Below, one piece after another: positions 25,058-38,120 of a DNA stretch of 64,000 bases (the first letter of the stretch is position 1; each line of letters begins with the position of its first letter). Under the pieces are notes generated by a model. It worked only from the letters and a program-made list of their open reading frames with translations, had not been told where the DNA came from and searched no databases. Source of the DNA: Lama glama (taxonomy: Eukaryota); NCBI GenBank assembly GCA_028534125.1, contig CM052817.1, forward strand, positions 95,978,001-96,042,000. The letters are read 5' to 3'. The translations under genes were made by a program, and so were the position numbers.

Positions 25058-26040
25058 CTATATAGATAATACGAAAGGGGACTTTATATTTGTGTTTCTT
25101 CCTTCTCTGAACTTGGAAGTAAAGGAAATGCCTTGACAGCATAGACATTCAAAATCATTTTAAAACATCAGAATGATTTCATTGTCAGCAAGACTTCACT
25201 TTAAGGTTTGGGAAGTCTATAAAAGGGGAAACCAGTCAGCAATGGAAGCAGTGAGAAAATAACTAAAAGCAACTATTAAGAGCACCTACCTAAGCATCAT
25301 GTAGGAAAGAAGATCCCTGGTCCACATGATGAACCTGTCTGTTTCCAAGGGCAACGTACCCCTTGTTGTGGAGCCAGACACATTCACTTAACAACAGCCT
25401 GACAGAATCAAACTTGGGAGTGATCTCCCTGCCTCTCCTTCCTCTAATTCCATTCCCACCAAGTAAACTTTTTATTAAAATATCTCCTCACGTAAATTTA
25501 ACCATGCGGCAATAAGGCATCAACCCAGGTGTCTAAGAATTTCTTGTAATTATTTTTCCCACTCTCAATTAATAAATTGGCAATCTGCTTTATATACCAT
25601 TATATGTGAGTATAATTAATGTGAGTTCATCCCTGCAAGATGGAGCCACAAAATCAGTTTCTGAAACAGGACTGTAGTAAATTTACAAAGTACATGTCCC
25701 CTATACCTCTGGCACTGAGGAGCTCAGTATCTTAAAAATGGATGATTCAAATAGACAAAGGGAAAAAAAAACAGTAATATTACTGGAATTAATTCTGCTT
25801 AGGGATGATATCATGCCAAGCAAAGACTTAAGTCAAGAAAAGGGGTCAGATTTTCAAAGCATCAAGAATGATTTCCAACAGAGAAAGAAAAACTTCCTTT
25901 AAAACGATGTGGCATCCAACTTCTTCTTTAAGGAGAAAAATTCCCCTTCTAGTTTGTTTGTATTTTTAAAAACACTTATCAAAATACATATATGTTAGGT
26001 GTCTCACTGCTTACAGTCTCCATATAGAAACTAAAGGCTT

Positions 26041-26187
26041 GGGGGCAGGGTTATTGCTCAACAGTAGAGTGTGTGCTTAGCACGCAGGAGGTCCTGGGTT
26101 CAATCCCCGGTACCACTATTATAAATGAATGAATAAAATTTCCTCCCTCCAAAAAAATAAATTAAATAAAAATTAAAAATAAAAAAT
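26041..26187 (+). mobile_element. Vic-1-like SINE (diverged)
   Basis: gtagagtgtgtgcttagcacgcaggaggtcctgggttcaatcccc plus A-rich tail. Confidence 0.85.
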
Positions 26188-26928
26188 AGTTGGACAAAAA
26201 AAAGTGCCCGACATACAACAGATATTCAAAAATATACATTTTTTTTCAAAAAAAATAAATAAAGGGCTAAAAACATCTAGGAAAACTAAGGCAGAGAGGC
26301 ACAATGCTACTTGAGATTTTCACTAGTTTATGGTCTTTTTGTCACTAAAAAACCCTTAGTGATTATGGCACCAGGTTGACAGAATTTGAAAAAAGGCCAG
26401 ACATGATAGAAGATTTGTTTCAAGACTAGTAATTGTTGAGATTGTTTCTTAGGGAGATCTTCATGATACTTTTCAAATATATCTTGAAACTTCATATCAA
26501 AAACAATAGCATTTTGTTGCAAGAGGAAGTATTCTTCCTAATGGAGATGTTTTCTACTGTTACACACTTAAGCCCCTTTTTAAAAAACCACTTCTCTGCA
26601 CTGGTGGGACTTTTTATTCCATTTTTTTTAAAGCTGGAAATTTAACCTTTTGACTTCAACAACTGTTTAGCTTGAAACTACACGAGATATGGATCCAAAT
26701 TCTATAGAGACATTTAATGATACCGAATCAGGATTCAACCATCTTTGAGGGAAAATACCTGTGAATTAAAGGGCAGGAAGCCTCTACATACATTTCTCTC
26801 ATGTTTTTCATTATTTCTACCCATTTTTTCCTCTTCAGTTTAAAGAAGTAGAAGTAAATGAAGAACAAAGAAAAGTAACAAAAGTCTACTGGCAAAGGGG
26901 GAGGCAGTAAACAAGAAATAACTTTTCC

Positions 26929-27028
26929 NNNNNNNNNNNNNNNNNNNNNNNNNNNNNNNNNNNNNNNNNNNNNNNNNNNNNNNNNNNNNNNNNNNNNNNN
27001 NNNNNNNNNNNNNNNNNNNNNNNNNNNN
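26929..27028. other. Assembly gap (100 N)
   Basis: Run of exactly 100 N. Confidence 1.
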
Positions 27029-27780
27029 CCATCAAATTAGTTCTTCTGTTTTTCAGACTTACTTGTATTTTTACTTCTTTATACTGTACAATTTTTTTTC
27101 AGTATTATCTAGAAATCTGGCTCTCACTTGTGACATTTAATTATTAATTATATATTAATTATATATTTCACAAGTTGTTAAAGGATAAGCTTTACTGATA
27201 AAATCCTTTTCTTTAATACCAACAGTGCAACAAATCTCTAAAATGCTATATAATGGCAATCACTTACTACATCCTTTTATTTATAAATCTCCAGCTGTTT
27301 ATAAATATATATGTATTAATCAAACTTGCAGCAATTTTTCATGAAAACCTTTCTGATATTTCAAATAAATCATTTCAGTGATAATAGCATATGGGTTAGT
27401 AATCCATGACAGTGATTTGCCGGAGTCTCCTCACAGGGAGTTACTATAAGAAAACAATCTTACAAATTACCCAATATCAAATTTAGATGTGGGAATGAGT
27501 TTGCACCTTCATTCCAAATCAACACTGTGAATATAAAGCAACACAAATTTCTATGGCTACAGTATATGTTCTATTGAGACTAAAAGCTTACAATTTAAAA
27601 TCACTTTAACATAAGTAAGAAAAGTTTGGTGTATAGTGATATTGGGATTTTTGTCAAACTAATTCAACATACAGTTGTAATAATTAGCATGCATTTTAAG
27701 TGCATATTATATATAAGATACTTTACAATCTTAGCTGTATGAAGAAGAGTGGTTAAAATAACATTCACTTGGTGATTTCT

Positions 27781-28312
27781 ATTTTTTTATTGAAGTATAG
27801 TAGGTCTAAAATGTTGTGTTAATTTCTGGTGTACAGAATAGTGATTCAGTTATACACACACATATACATACATATTTCCTTTCATATTTTTTCATCATAG
27901 GTCATTACAAGCTATTGAATATAGTTCCCTGTGCTACAGAGTAGGACCTTGCTGCTTATCTATTTTATATATAGTAGTTAGTATCTGCAATTCTCGAGCT
28001 CCTAATTTATCCCTCAACCCCTTCCTTCCCCCTTAGTAACCATAAATTTGTTTTCTATGTTTGTGAGTCTATTTCTGTTTTGGAAATAAGTTCATTTATG
28101 TCATTTTTTAGATCCCACATACAGGTAATATAGTATTTTCCTTTCTCTTTCTGGCTTACTTCACTTAGTATGACAATCTCTAGGTCCATCCATGTTTCTG
28201 CAAAGGGCATTATTTTATTCTTTTTTATGGTGAGTAGTATCCCATTGTATTAAATATACCACAATTTTATCCAATCATCTGTTAATGGACATTTAGGTTA
28301 CTTCCATGTCTT
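27781..28312 (-). mobile_element. Artiodactyl-type L1 3' end (about 530 bp)
   Basis: ttttattgaagtatag...gtgattcagttatac...gaatatagttccctgtgct...tctaggtccatccatg...atggacatttaggtt. Confidence 0.9.
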
Positions 28313-28700
28313 ATCCATTTAACAAGTATTTTTTGAGTGCTTACCATGTGCCAGATACTACAAGTTCTGTGGACAGAGCACTGAACCAAACCACCCAAAA
28401 TAAATATCCATTTTCATGAAGACTTCATTTGAATAAGAAGAGAGACATCAATCAGTTATAATCTAGATGGAAAGTCATCCCAAGAGCTAAACAAAGAAAA
28501 AGAAAAACTGGAGAAATTTTCAAGGAGCCGACGGGCTTATGAGAAATTGATAGGATATGGAAAGGATGAGAACAGTATAAGCAAAGACGTGGGAGCCCCA
28601 AGTGTTAGAGGAGAGGGAGGGGAACAGTGAGTCAATGTTAATCTGGGAATGAAAGAAGGATACTGAAGAGAGACAGGATGGTGTTGCACTGGGAGGACTC
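28313..28700 (-). mobile_element. L2 3' fragment
   Basis: atccatttaacaagtattttttgagtgcttaccatgtgccaga matches the reverse L2 tail. Confidence 0.65.
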
Positions 28701-29391
28701 CAGAATGGTCAGTTGGATGATGGGCAGTTAAGAGTCACTGAAGGTACTGAGGCATAAGAGTGACATATACAAGTAGTAAGTGAAGATAGCTTATTTCACA
28801 ACAACATATAGGATGGTGAGAAAGAAGGTATGATGCATCACCTTGGCTCTTGAGAATTACCAAAAGCAAAATAACGTTAATAAGCATTATCTCTGCTAAA
28901 TGAATAGACAAGAAGAATAACATAAGCTTTCAAGTGAAAACCAAGGAACGTTAGAAAATAACTACTTACAAGAGAATTGTCTGAATAATAAAAAACTAAA
29001 CCACAAATTCTGACCACAAGATCAAGTGCCATTATAAAGTAAAAGTATAAACACAGTGGGCATTTTCATTTTAATTACTCTGCTTACTAGAAACATCACA
29101 GAAAATACTACCCAGGAAAAGTAAACAAGTATGTGGTTCTGTCAAAAGAGAAAGAAAGTGCATAAACTGCAACCTAAGAGTACAACCATTAGTGGACATG
29201 TAAAATATGAATCAATGTTCATCTCATGAGCCTGGACATCTGTAATGCTTTGACTTTAATTTCCAAGACACCATATTCTCATCATGAAGAGATTTCTTTC
29301 CCCTGATCAGTAGAACCTGTTCAATTATAAAAGTTAAAATCAAATTGATCAAGGTTTTCAAAATTATATATTTTATTTTTTAAAGTCCTCT

Positions 29392-29531
29392 GGGAGGGGG
29401 GTTTAGCTCAGTGGTAGAGTGCCTGCTTAGCATGCACGAGGTCCTGGGCTCAACCCCTAGTACCTCCATTAAGAAGCAAATAAATAAACCTAATTACTCC
29501 CCAACACACAATTTTTTTTTAAATTTTCTGT
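29392..29531 (+). mobile_element. Vic-1-like SINE
   Basis: tagctcagtggtagagtgcctgcttagcatgcacgaggtcctggg...cctaattactcccc; likely TSD aagtcctctg / aagttctctg. Confidence 0.9.
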
Positions 29532-30049
29532 AAGTTCTCTGTTTTTTCAATTACTCTTTTATATACGTCTCCATTTTATACTTCAAAAAGTAATTTTTTC
29601 TAAGGTAATTATATTAATGTCATGGGTAATATCCTAAGATAGAGAAACAATATTTAACAGTCATGAATACTAATCTAATTATTTCCAGGGGCAGGTATAT
29701 GAATCACTATGTAGCTATAAGAGTATCACTACAAAGATGGACTTACAGGGGAACAAAAACAGTAGGGACAGCAACAACAGAAACTGACTTCTTTAACCAA
29801 TGATACCTAAATCAAGAGACATACTTTCAAACTGTCATTTGTATTTACTGAACTCCTATATGATGAGCTTTGCTTTTAAACATATATTAGACATGCATTT
29901 TGTCTATAAAGATAAAATACATGTAAAACCTTATCTGACATTGTGATTAGGGAAGAGCTTTATAAGTATAAAGGCTATGGAAAGATCCAGGAAAGGAAAG
30001 GTGAATATATTTAAGAGACAGAAAAACTTGAAACTTCTACAACCATAAG

Positions 30050-30704
30050 CAAAATAATGAATTTCAACTCATATATGGAATCATATACAAATATTAACTC
30101 TAAATGGATCGGAGTCCTACATGTAAAAACAAAAACTATAAAACACCTAGAAGAAAACACAGGTGAAGAATTGTGAGACTTTGGATAAACAAGAATTTCT
30201 TAGAGAAGACACAAAAACCATGTGCCATAAAAGAAAAAGTAGATAAACTGGACTTATCAAAATTGAAAACTTCTGCTCTTCGAAAGACACCATTAAGAAA
30301 ATGAAAAGTCACAGACTAGGAGAAAACAGTTGCAAAATACATACCTGATAAATGACTGGTGTTCAAAATATATTTAAAAATTCACAATGCAATTATAAGA
30401 AAACAACCCATAAAAAAATAGATAAGAGATTTGAATAGATACTCCCCCAAGAAGATATACAGATGGGAAATAAGCACATAAAAAGATGTCCAACATCATT
30501 AGCCATTGGAGAAATACAGATTAAAGCTATGATGACATATCATGATACACTTATGAGAATGGCTAAAATAAAAAGTACTGCTAATTCCAAGGGCTGGCCA
30601 GGATATGGAGCAGCTGGATTCCTCAAACATTCTTGGTAGAAATGTAAAATGGTAGAACCACTTTGGAAAATGGTTTGCTGATTTCACATGATATTAAACA
30701 TAGA
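30050..30704 (+). mobile_element. Old L1 (L1MB/L1MC-like) ORF2 3' fragment
   Basis: attaactctaaatggatc...ctagaagaaaacacagg...aacttctgctcttcgaaagacacc...gtaaaatggtagaaccactttggaaa. Confidence 0.85.
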
Positions 30705-31019
30705 CAGTCGTCTCTTAGTATCTGCAGGGATTGGTTCTAGGAACCCTGTGGATAATAAAATCTATGGACTCTCAAGTCCTTTATATAAAAGGGTGTAGTT
30801 TTTACATATAATCTATGCATATCCTCCCATATACTTTAGATCATCTCTAGATTACTCATAATACCTACCAAAATGTAAATGTTATGTAAAAATAGTTGCC
30901 ACTGCAGCAAATTCAAGTCTTCCTTTTTGGAACTTCCTGTAATTTTTTTTCTGAACATTTTCAATCCTTGGTTGGTTGAATTCCTGGATGCAGAACTTGA
31001 GGATATGGAGGGTTAACTG
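30705..31019. mobile_element. MER2/MER2B (TcMar-Tigger) DNA transposon
   Basis: Termini cagtcgtctcttagtatctgcagg ... gatatggagggttaactg|ta; internal tcatctctagattactcataatacc. Confidence 0.9.
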
Positions 31020-31101
31020 TACTACAACTATAATAGCTTTTAAAAAGTTTATTTAAACACAATATTTTTACAGAATAAGTTACATATCATAAGGTATTTT
31101 T

Positions 31102-31213
31102 CTTTCTTTCTTTCTTTTTAATTGAAGTACAGTCAGTTACAATGTTTCAGTTTCTGGTGTGCAGCACAATGTCCTGATCTTGAATATACGTGCATGTATT
31201 TGTTTTCATACTC
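31102..31213 (-). mobile_element. Short camelid-type L1 3' end with 14-bp TSD
   Basis: attgaagtacagtcagttacaatg...tttctggtgt; TSD cataaggtattttt (31088-31101) / cataaggtactttt (31214-31227). Confidence 0.9.
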
Positions 31214-31414
31214 CATAAGGTACTTTTCTAAGCCAGCCTTTGATATACTTAGAAACTGGATCTAGTATCTGATAAGCTGCTTTTTAAAAGCATTTAAGTT
31301 GGCAGACATACAATATTGAATTTTAAGGATGATTAAGAACCAGAATGCCTGGGGAAATCACACTGTGAAAAATGCCATTTACATCTAGGAATTTTACACT
31401 CCTTTTAAAAAAAA

Positions 31415-32405
31415 AATTTTTATTGAAGTGTAGTTGACTTACAATGTCAGTTTCAGGTGTATAGCAAAGTGATTGAATTGTACATATACATACATATATA
31501 TACTTTTTTCTTTTCAGATTCTTTTCCATTATATATTATAAGAAATTGAATATAGTTCCCTGTGCTATTACGGTAGGTCCTTGTTTATCTATTTTATAGT
31601 AACATATAGAGACCCATATAGTAACATGGGTCTCTTAATCCCCAACCCCTAATTTATCCCTCCCTGCCCTTTCCCCTCATAGCTTATTTATTTTATACAT
31701 AGTAGATTGTACCTTTTAATCCCTTACCAAACTAATAGTTTGTTCTCTATATCTATGAGTTTGCTTCTTTTTTGTAATATTACAAATATTACAAATAGCT
31801 TGTTGTATTTTTTAGATTCCACATATAAGGGATATCACACAGTATTTGTCTTTCTGTCTGACTTATTTCACTTAGCATAGTACCCTCCATGTTGTTATAA
31901 ATGACAAATTTTCATTCTTTTTATAGCTGAGTAGTATTCCCTTGTGTGTATATGCCACATCTTCTTTATCCATTCACCTGTTGATAGACACTTAGGTTGT
32001 TTCTATATTTTGGCTATTGTAAATAATGCTGCTATGAACACTAGGGTGCATGTACCTCTTAAAATTAGTGTTTTTATTTTTTTCAAATAAATATCCAAGA
32101 GTGGAATTGCTGGGTCACATGATAGTTCTATTTTTAGTTTTTTGAGGCACCTCCATACTCTTTTCCATAGTGGCTGCACTAATTTACATTCCCACCAACA
32201 GTGTACGAGAGTTTCCTTTTCTCCACATCCTTGCCAACATCTGTTACTTGTGCCTTTTTGATAACAGCCATTCCAACAGATGTGAGGTGATATCTCACTC
32301 TGATTTTGGTTTGCATTTCCATGATGATGGGTAATGTGGAGCATCTTTGTATGTGCCTATTGGCCATCTGTATGTCTTCTGTGGAGAAATTCTATTCCTC
32401 TGCCC
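31415..32405 (-). mobile_element. Artiodactyl-type L1: ORF2 C-terminus plus 3' UTR
   Basis: ORF 32003-32344 contains [19 protein letters not shown]...DPAIPLL, the L1 ORF2p Cys-rich C-terminal domain; it is frameshifted relative to ORF 32179-32367. Confidence 0.92.
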
Positions 32406-32770
32406 ATTTTTTTTTATTGTAATGTAGTCAGTTTACAATGTGTCAATTTCTGGTGTACATCATAACGTTTCAGTCATACATATATTCATTTTCATATTCC
32501 TTTTCATTATAGGTTCTTCAAGATATTGAATATAGTTCCCTGTGCTATATAGTATAAACTTATTGTTTATCTATTTTATATATATTATTTAGTACCTATA
32601 AATCTCAAACTCCCAATTTAGCCCTTCCCACTCCCTTCCCTCCTGGTAACCATAATTTTGTTTTCTATGTCTGTGAGTCTGTTTCTGTTTTGTAAATAAG
32701 TTCACTTGTCTTTTTTTTTTTTTAAGATTTCACATATAAGTGATATCATATGGTATTTTCCTCTCTCTTC
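32406..32770 (-). mobile_element. Second camelid-type L1 3' end abutting the previous copy
   Basis: tttttattgtaatgtagtcagtttacaatgtgtcaatttctggtgtac...gaatatagttccctgtgct...taagtgatatcatatggtatt. Confidence 0.88.
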
Positions 32771-33107
32771 AATCTGCCATTTCTAATAACACAAACCATT
32801 GTTTTTTAGAAGTGCTAAATGTTTACATGAAAACCTGAGTCCACAGTGGAGTTTAGATGTCTAGCTTTACTTTCATCAAAAAGACCAGTAATTAAAGGGA
32901 TGGTTCTGTTTGGTGGGTATAATCCACAAGTTTACACAGTTAATGCATCCTCTGATGCCCTCCTGCTTCTTTTCCCATGCCCAGATTTATTTGGGAATGG
33001 CAGTGGGGTCTAAGTCAATGAGCAATATTAAGAATGGAAAATCACTACCTCCTCCCCTCCCCTCAGTCACTGGACTTAATATTCTCACCTTAATAATCTG
33101 TGATGCA

Positions 33108-33260
33108 ATTGTACCAAATATGCCACACTGATGAGGGATGTTGAGAGTAGGGGAGTATATATGTGTGCGTGGGGAGGGCTATGTGAGAACTCTGTATTTT
33201 CTGCTCAATTCTGCTGTAAACCTGAAACTGCTCTAAAAAAATTAAGTCTATCAAAAACAA
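33108..33260 (+). mobile_element. L1MC/L1MD-like 3' end
   Basis: gaactctgtattttctgctcaattctgctgtaaacctgaaactgctctaaaaaa. Confidence 0.8.
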
Positions 33261-34358
33261 TTTTTTAAATAAATAAAGGCATTAAAAAAATAGAATCTGT
33301 AACGCAGATGACGACAGGAAACTTTATTGTTTGGCTCACCACACTATTATCCTCACATTCCCCAAATGCTAGCTTAATCACCAGGTTAATCATGGTAAAT
33401 TTTTAGTTTGGAGAAATAGAAACAGAGAAATAAAATCTCTCCACCACATTATCATCATTTAGTGGTTAGCGGGTATCTCCTGTTAAAGGCCATAGACTAA
33501 GTACTTCTGCAGTTCAGTTGGGTTCAAATTAAGGAAATAGTCTTGCTTTCAACCAACTACTATGATCACATTCCTTAGGAGGCCCTTTACAAACATCCTA
33601 TCCCCACCCCACCAAATTTATATTTATTCATTTTTACCTAAATGAGCCTAGGAGCACATACTTTTCCAGTTTGGGAATGATGACATTTTTAAAATTAATA
33701 CAAATAAAAATGAAAGCACATGGCATTTGCTAAAGGGTAATAAAATAACTTCAGTCAATTGGCTAGTTCTCTACCAGTAGATTTCTTTAAATAGTAATAA
33801 AATCTTTGCTTTAAAAAAAAATCCATCATTATTAAAATTAAAAAAAAAAAAAGTTGCCTCAGCCTCCACCAAAATTAGATTTGTAAGTTGCTGGTCATTT
33901 CTATAATTAAATCTATGTCACAAATTTGCAAGAAAAATGGTCACTGTGACTAATGCATTTAGTTGCTACACACGTCCTGTCGGACAGCAAAGAACATCAC
34001 GCCACTAAAATGGAGTAGGTAAGGATTCTGAACATTTTTATAAAGTAACAAAGACCATTTTTTATTTACAATAATTATACTTTAGACAAGAGTTTGTTTG
34101 AGAAGCAAATCCAAATGTAGCTACCACGGGGTTTTCCGTATTTGAGTATTACAGCGCATTTTTACCTCTATAAACATGTTAGACACACATGCATACTGCT
34201 TTTCTGGACAAGTGTTAGGTAGAAAATACTCTAATAAAAGACACATGAACACGTTCATGTTGCCAGAGTCCCTGATCCTGAGGGTTCCCTCATTTGACCT
34301 CTCCAAACGGTTTTAATTCACTTCTTTGCTGAAATGATTGAGAAACGACCTTAGAGAC

Positions 34359-34799
34359 CAATGCTTCCCAGAGTCTAAGACAGTGCTATCCAAAGTAAAA
34401 GTCAAAGCAAGATGACTTACAGGACACACAGACAATTAGTGATAAAACTTACTCTCTTTGTGAAAACAAATCTTTTTTCAATCCTTCAGATTGTAGGAGG
34501 AGACAGTTCTCGGTTTGGTACTGACGCTAACTTCACTTTTGACCAAAAGGAGGGCAGGAATCGGACACAGAGCCTTCTGTATGCAACAGAGTTTAGCTGC
34601 AAATTGAGAACAGCTTTTTTTCCATTTGATTTGATTTCAGTTATGTGCTGTTCATGACAAAATTGGTTTTTATTTGTCATGCTGATGTTGAGTTTCGCTT
34701 TAAAATAAATTTAAATTTAAAATTTTTTAAATTTAATAATACAAATAATACGTTGACATGGCAAAAGTCATAAAGGTGCCCGAAATTTGGAAGACACTG
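34359..34799. mobile_element. hAT-Charlie element (MER113-like)
   Basis: Imperfect terminal inverted repeats caatgcttccca / tggaagacactg; subterminal atggcaaaagtcataaaggtg. Confidence 0.6.
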
Positions 34800-37214
34800 C
34801 CTTCAAGGTGATTCCTGTCTTCCCTTTTTTCTTAATTCTTTTATTGTTACTTATTTTTTCACGTATTTATGTTTTGTGTATTTGCTTCAGTATCCAGAAA
34901 AGTATCTTTAATCTAGCTGACTCTGAGAAAATAGAAAAATACTCTTTTTTTAAGAGAAAGTAGTCTGTTCTCAGAAATCCAGCTTTTATAATGTTTATTT
35001 GCCCAAATTGGTGACCGAATGAAATGCATAGCATGATGATGGATTCTGTTTTATAAAGATAGAAATCAGCTTCCCATTGTCTGAATATAGCTCAGAAGTT
35101 ATTTTAAAGCCCAGGGTAAGTTATTTTAAATCCTGATTTTATCAAGTCCTTAGCAATAAAAGGATAAACCTGAAATAACATCCTGGAAGGTGGTCCTGAA
35201 TATTGCTCAAAACTTCAGTTGTTTGCTCGTTTGTTCTGGCATTTAAGCTTAATGAAAATAAAAACCCGTTTTACAAACAAGTCAGGAAGTTCTGTGGGGA
35301 AACCAAGACTTTAACTGAATGATTTGGGTTGGTTAAGATTTTAAGCAAGTTAAGAAAAAAAAAATTAGCAAGGTTTTCAGTATTGCACAAAATGAGTATT
35401 CCATAAACTAAATTAAAAATTGACATTCTAGATTTAGGTGAAAGGAAAACCAAATTAACAGTTGTGTCCTACATGGTACCACCCTTAACGTTCTTTGTTA
35501 ACATTTGAGATTCTTGATCTGATTTTTAAAGAGCAGTGGTACACAGCAGCCAACTAGTAACAGTGTTAATGTGCTTCCTCTCTGACCGTTCTGAGTGCGG
35601 CTGAGCACATTTCTGTACAAGAAAGGAAGACTAAAGAAGGTAAAAACACATATCCCAAGTTATTAAAACATGGCATTTGTGATTGAGACTTTTTTCTTTC
35701 AACAACTATAATAGCATCATTTAACTATACAAATCTTTCTACAAAGCTGAGTAGTAATGGCGGACCAGCTAAAGCAAAGAGGGAAGACAGAACAATCGAG
35801 TAAGGGAAGAAAAATATGTGCTGGCTAGTTCTTCAGCTCAAGGTAAGGAGTTTCTTTTAACCCTTGGTCTGGCATAAAAAGAAAGAAAATTACTCATCTT
35901 AGAATAGCTTCTCTGGTTCAGGCAGTGACTATTTTAAAGGAGAATTGTATAAAAAACCATTCTTGATCATTTAAATGAAGAGATTAAGAAAGTAAACAGC
36001 GACTCAAAGATCTTTTTTAGACTAGGTGTTATACATTCACCAGAATGATTTAACTTTGCTTAGACTCTTTGCTACTGTTTCAGGAATCCTTAATTTATGT
36101 TGCCATGAACTGCTATAATGTTGTATAACATAGCTATCAGAAACTCAATTTGGTATTTTGACTTTGTTACTCACTAGGGTTTCTCTTTAAAAGTAGGAGC
36201 TACCAAAAATAAAATAAGCCAAGGAGTCTAAAAAGAAAAAGTTCTACATTTTCCTTTTAAACTTTATCTTATAATTCTTGAAGACATGGAAACACTGAAT
36301 TTAGCCTCCAAATCAAAAATGCTTAAGGTCTAACAAATCATGTGATCAATTTTTTTTCAACACAGTTGAATCTTTCTAAAAAGAAATGATTTTTCAATTA
36401 GAATTTTTCAAAAAGTTGACAATATCTAAATCTATTTTTTTAATCTTTCTTTTGATGCAGAAGCAACACATGAAATGGTTGAACTTGAAATATATGGTTT
36501 TACATTTTAAAAATATGTATATATAAATTTTGATAACAGTTTAGTTATTCAGGGTGATGGACTATCAAATATTATTAAAATCTCATCAAGAGGGAAATCT
36601 CAAAACACTTATTATGCTCCACAATTATTGTAAACCAAACACTTTAAATGAGAGGAGGAGATAATGACATTAAGTTCTTAAAGCAATCCTCTGTGGCATG
36701 ATTTTAAAATATTCTCTTGGTCTGAAATTTATGTAAATTGAATTCATCCATCATTGGTTATTACCGGCCTAGCTACATTTTAAAAAAAAAAGTTTTCTGT
36801 GACAATTAGTTCTTAAAAACACTGTGTTTTAATTAGACCTGGGACATTATTAAACTAGCTATAAATAGGTACAGTATTTTATTTGGTATACCCAGATGTC
36901 TGAAAATCTACAAGAACGCCCTTAGAGTTCTTCAAAAATTCTTCTAGTAGAAGCTTTTCATTTAAAGGTTTAATGCAATCTGAAGTAAATAGCCTTTTTC
37001 AGATTTCATTTTATAAATACAAAAGAAATGGTCACTCATAACTAGAGGATAGTCATTGAATCAGTGTATTTTAGAATTACAGGGCTTTGTCACAGATAAC
37101 TAATTTCTTTCTTTTAATGAATGTCCATGGTCACAAACAAAAAATTCACAGCAGAATTTGGACAAAATCAGTTATTCCTACTACATCATATAAGAATTTT
37201 ATATAGATTATATA

Positions 37215-37370
37215 TTTAGATTATCCCATTAAATCCTCACCTCAACTGTATAGTTTAGGTACTATCATTACCCTATTTTATATATAGGAAAGGTTATGTG
37301 GTTAGGATGGTATTCAGTCAACTAGGGATTTAAACCCAGTCTGACTCTAGAAACCGTACTACTACCCATA
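37215..37370 (-). mobile_element. MIR
   Basis: aatcctcac...taggtactatcattaccctatttta...ggatttaaacccagtctgactctag. Confidence 0.75.
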
Positions 37371-37619
37371 ATCCTAAATTTTAAGGATAGTTGGATACTT
37401 TTCATTTATATATATATATATATATAAAACCCTCTAACAAGTACCACCCTTTAACAATAACAGAATAAAACATGAAGGCTATCATTTGGAATTTCCCTCT
37501 AAAATAAGTCCTTTTCCCAAGCCTAGCTCAAGCATCAACTTCTCCCTGAAACCTTCTCATATCATTCAACTGAGTTTTATCTTTCTTCAAACTCTTGGTA
37601 ATTGATGTACAATGCTCAT

Positions 37620-38120
37620 TTGCAGAAAAGTCTAGCTGCCTTTGATACATCTCTCCTTCCTTAGTAACAGAAATCCAATTTGTAGCTCTTAGCAAATTGC
37701 CACACGTCCCAACCTCTCCAGAGGCGAGGCACGATCGTAGGACTAAGTTCAGCAGTAGGACGCTACTGCAAGTATGGTGTCAGAATTCCAGGAATTCTGT
37801 TTAAAGAAAGCAGATTTAGCTTTTAGGGGGGCTCTTTTGTGCTTTCTCAAGGTAAAGACTTTGCTATCCAGGTATCTTTTTGGCTGGAGCTCCAGCAGCT
37901 ATCTTGGATCATGAGGAAACCTTGATGAAGGAAGCTGCATGCTGCAGATGATGGAGGAGAAAGATAGGTATCTCTGTTCACAATGAGACCATGAAGCTCC
38001 CATAATCATACCTGGACAGGATCCCTCCAGATCCTACATAATATAGTAATAAACCTTTATCTTGTAGAAGCCACTATTTTTTTTTTCTGTTAAGTAAACT
38101 AAACCTAAGTCTAACCGATT
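37620..38120 (+). mobile_element. MaLR LTR (MLT1J-like)
   Basis: ttccttagtaacagaa...tggctggagctccagcagctatcttggatcatgagg...aataaacctttatcttg...agccact. Confidence 0.8.

Noticed and set aside
26188..26270. Apparent 3' transduction behind the SINE at 26041
   Set aside because: No convincing TSD beyond it; the segment resembles a decayed L2 tail next to a MIR fragment.
32003..32367. ORFs encoding a recognisable L1 ORF2p C-terminus
   Set aside because: A frameshifted, 5'-truncated retrotransposon remnant, not a host gene or an active element.
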